DNA of 64,000 bases, taken from NCBI RefSeq assembly GCF_964194155.1, contig NC_135905.1:23808001-23872000 (forward strand), in the 5' to 3' direction. Below are positions 62,126 to 64,000 of the stretch, one piece after another (position 1 is the first letter of the stretch; each line of letters opens with the position of its first letter). Position numbers and translations under genes: made by a program. Below the pieces are notes generated by a model. That model saw only the letters and a program-made list of their open reading frames with translations, was not told the origin of the DNA and ran no database searches. Origin of the DNA: Cetorhinus maximus (lineage: Eukaryota).

Positions 62126-64000
62126 AACAATATTGTTTCATAATTCTATATATCCCATCTTACAATGCTTACACCAGAAAGAAAGCTATTAAAAATCCTT
62201 CTAAAAACACAAGATCAAAAGTCAAACTTCAGACTGGTCTAAATTATGTTTTTTTAAAGATTATCAGGTAGGTGTCAGCTTGAACTCAGGTCAAGCCAGA
62301 CATTAAACTGCCTGAAAGAGACATCAGTTGGATAAACATTCCACAGGAATTTCCTTCTTTCCTCCTCTGAATTAAAAAAAACTAAATTCAAATTTTAAGG
62401 TTTAAACTGGCTCACTACTTTCACTTCCTTCCCTGCTCACAATTCTAGACCAGCACTAAGTGTTATTGCTTTCAGCCCTGTGTTTGTAGTAAATATGCAT
62501 GCATAATGCTGCAAAATCATTTCTCCAAAGTGGTACGTCCTCTGTCACTTAAGAGCAATCACAAAGGAGCTGTTTCACTAAGGAAGGGAGGAAAAGGGTG
62601 AAATTTAATCCAAGTACATGAAGTAAGCGGTTTTTCATCGCTCTGCTCTAAAACGAAAGATCGTAGGTTAAATAGGAAAAGAAAAATCCATTTTACCCAT
62701 CATAGCTCATCCACCCAGGAAGATTCTACATTTATCACCCTCCTTCCATTATAGCAGTCTATTGTCTGAGGCTTTTTACCTTGACTGCTTTATTGGGAGG
62801 CTTCTTCATTGATCACTTTGTGAAAAGAGGTCCCTGCCATCAGTTCCAAATGTACTGCTTTGAACCCATGGCCCCTTGTCCTGATTTCACCACTTAGTTT
62901 GCAGCAGATCTCAGATCTGCCTCTTCTATATACACCTCTGCCAAGCTAATTCTTCCATAGATGCCATTATCATTCACCGTTTAAAAAAAAATTAAATGAT
63001 CAAAAACCCTCAGTGTAACACAGAACAGGTTCACTTTTCCGGAGTTAAAAACAATTGTCATGAGATCAGTTAGTCAGTTTATTGTATTGAACGTGTTTTA
63101 TACTTCTCTATCAGTAAATGACTAAAAATAACACCTGTTGAACTATGCAAGTGGGCCAACTTCCCCCCTAAACACTTTCTCCCTGCCTCCCATCCTCACC
63201 TTCAACATAGAAAGGAATGCTAAGATCAAGACATCCTGAAGCTGTCATCTCCATATGCTCTCAGCTCCTAAGCTCTCCCCAGTCTCCTAGACATTCTACG
63301 CTTGCACCTTTTTCTTCTTACATTTTCTTGGTGCTGTGCTCTCCATGCTCATCTTGTCAATGACATCAATCTCTGAAAGCAGTCAAAAAACAAAGCTTTT
63401 GGTCACCTTTCCAAATCTCACTTGCCTCATTGTTCTTTTCGTTATTTGTATCCATGAAGCAGGACTGGAAAATCCTATTTTGCTTTCAGCACTATACAAG
63501 TTCATGTTATTGTAGAGATCTTGGCATTTTAGTGAGGAATATATGAAATAGTGTACAACAAAGGTCATACAATAGAATATTGAGTGTTTCTGTTTGGGAA
63601 GGATATGGTAATGTGTCAACTCATACCACTGCACTTCAAGCTAAGACACCATGTGTAAGATATTCTTTGGGAGAATACACTTAACGCACATTGAAAAACA
63701 ATCTTCCCAATACTCTGTCAATAACCCACTGCTATTGATAACATACTATAGCCCACAGACACTTGTACTATATAACATTTCCTTTTCTGACATCATTTAT
63801 TCACCACCCTGTTCTATCCTTCCCCTGCATTTGTTTCCAAGTAAAAGCAAATAAAGTGTAGGTTTCTGTCCATTTTTCTACTTTGTGCACAGATTTAAAA
63901 TCAATGCGCCATTAACTAGTGGCCATACACTGAAAACTTCATTTGATGGTACAATAACATATCGATATTTTAATCTATGCCCTTCCTAAAAATGGAACCT

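Overview
Eukaryotic, AT-rich, repeat-dense DNA. The repeat complement (CR1, L2, Penelope-like elements, Deu-domain SINEs, Tx1, Gypsy) points to a cartilaginous fish, probably a shark; this is inferred from repeat types, not from a search. I cannot identify any host protein-coding exon with confidence, so the window is probably a large intron or intergenic DNA. All recognisable ORFs are decayed transposon genes or artefacts of simple repeats. Main structures: (i) a decayed Gypsy LTR retrotransposon (~12.9-20.9 kb) containing a near full-length APE-RT LINE, which in turn contains a solo LTR with a 4-bp TSD; (ii) three long copies of that CR1-group LINE family plus short SINEs that share both its 5' and 3' ends; (iii) a near full-length classical CR1 with an esterase ORF1; (iv) two PIF/Harbinger-type MITEs with 3-bp TSDs; (v) several Penelope-like fragments carrying hammerhead-ribozyme-like motifs; (vi) a ~1.6-kb compound minisatellite near 59.7-61.3 kb. 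The most unusual observation is the LINE at 13400-17468. It begins with a tRNA-derived (Pol III A/B-box) head, runs almost directly into APE-RT with no room for ORF1, and its sense strand is poor in T4 Pol III terminators. The SINEs look like internal-deletion derivatives of it. This is a hypothesis from one complete copy and needs a genome-wide test. All alignments and counts were done by eye, and boundaries of old repeats are approximate.
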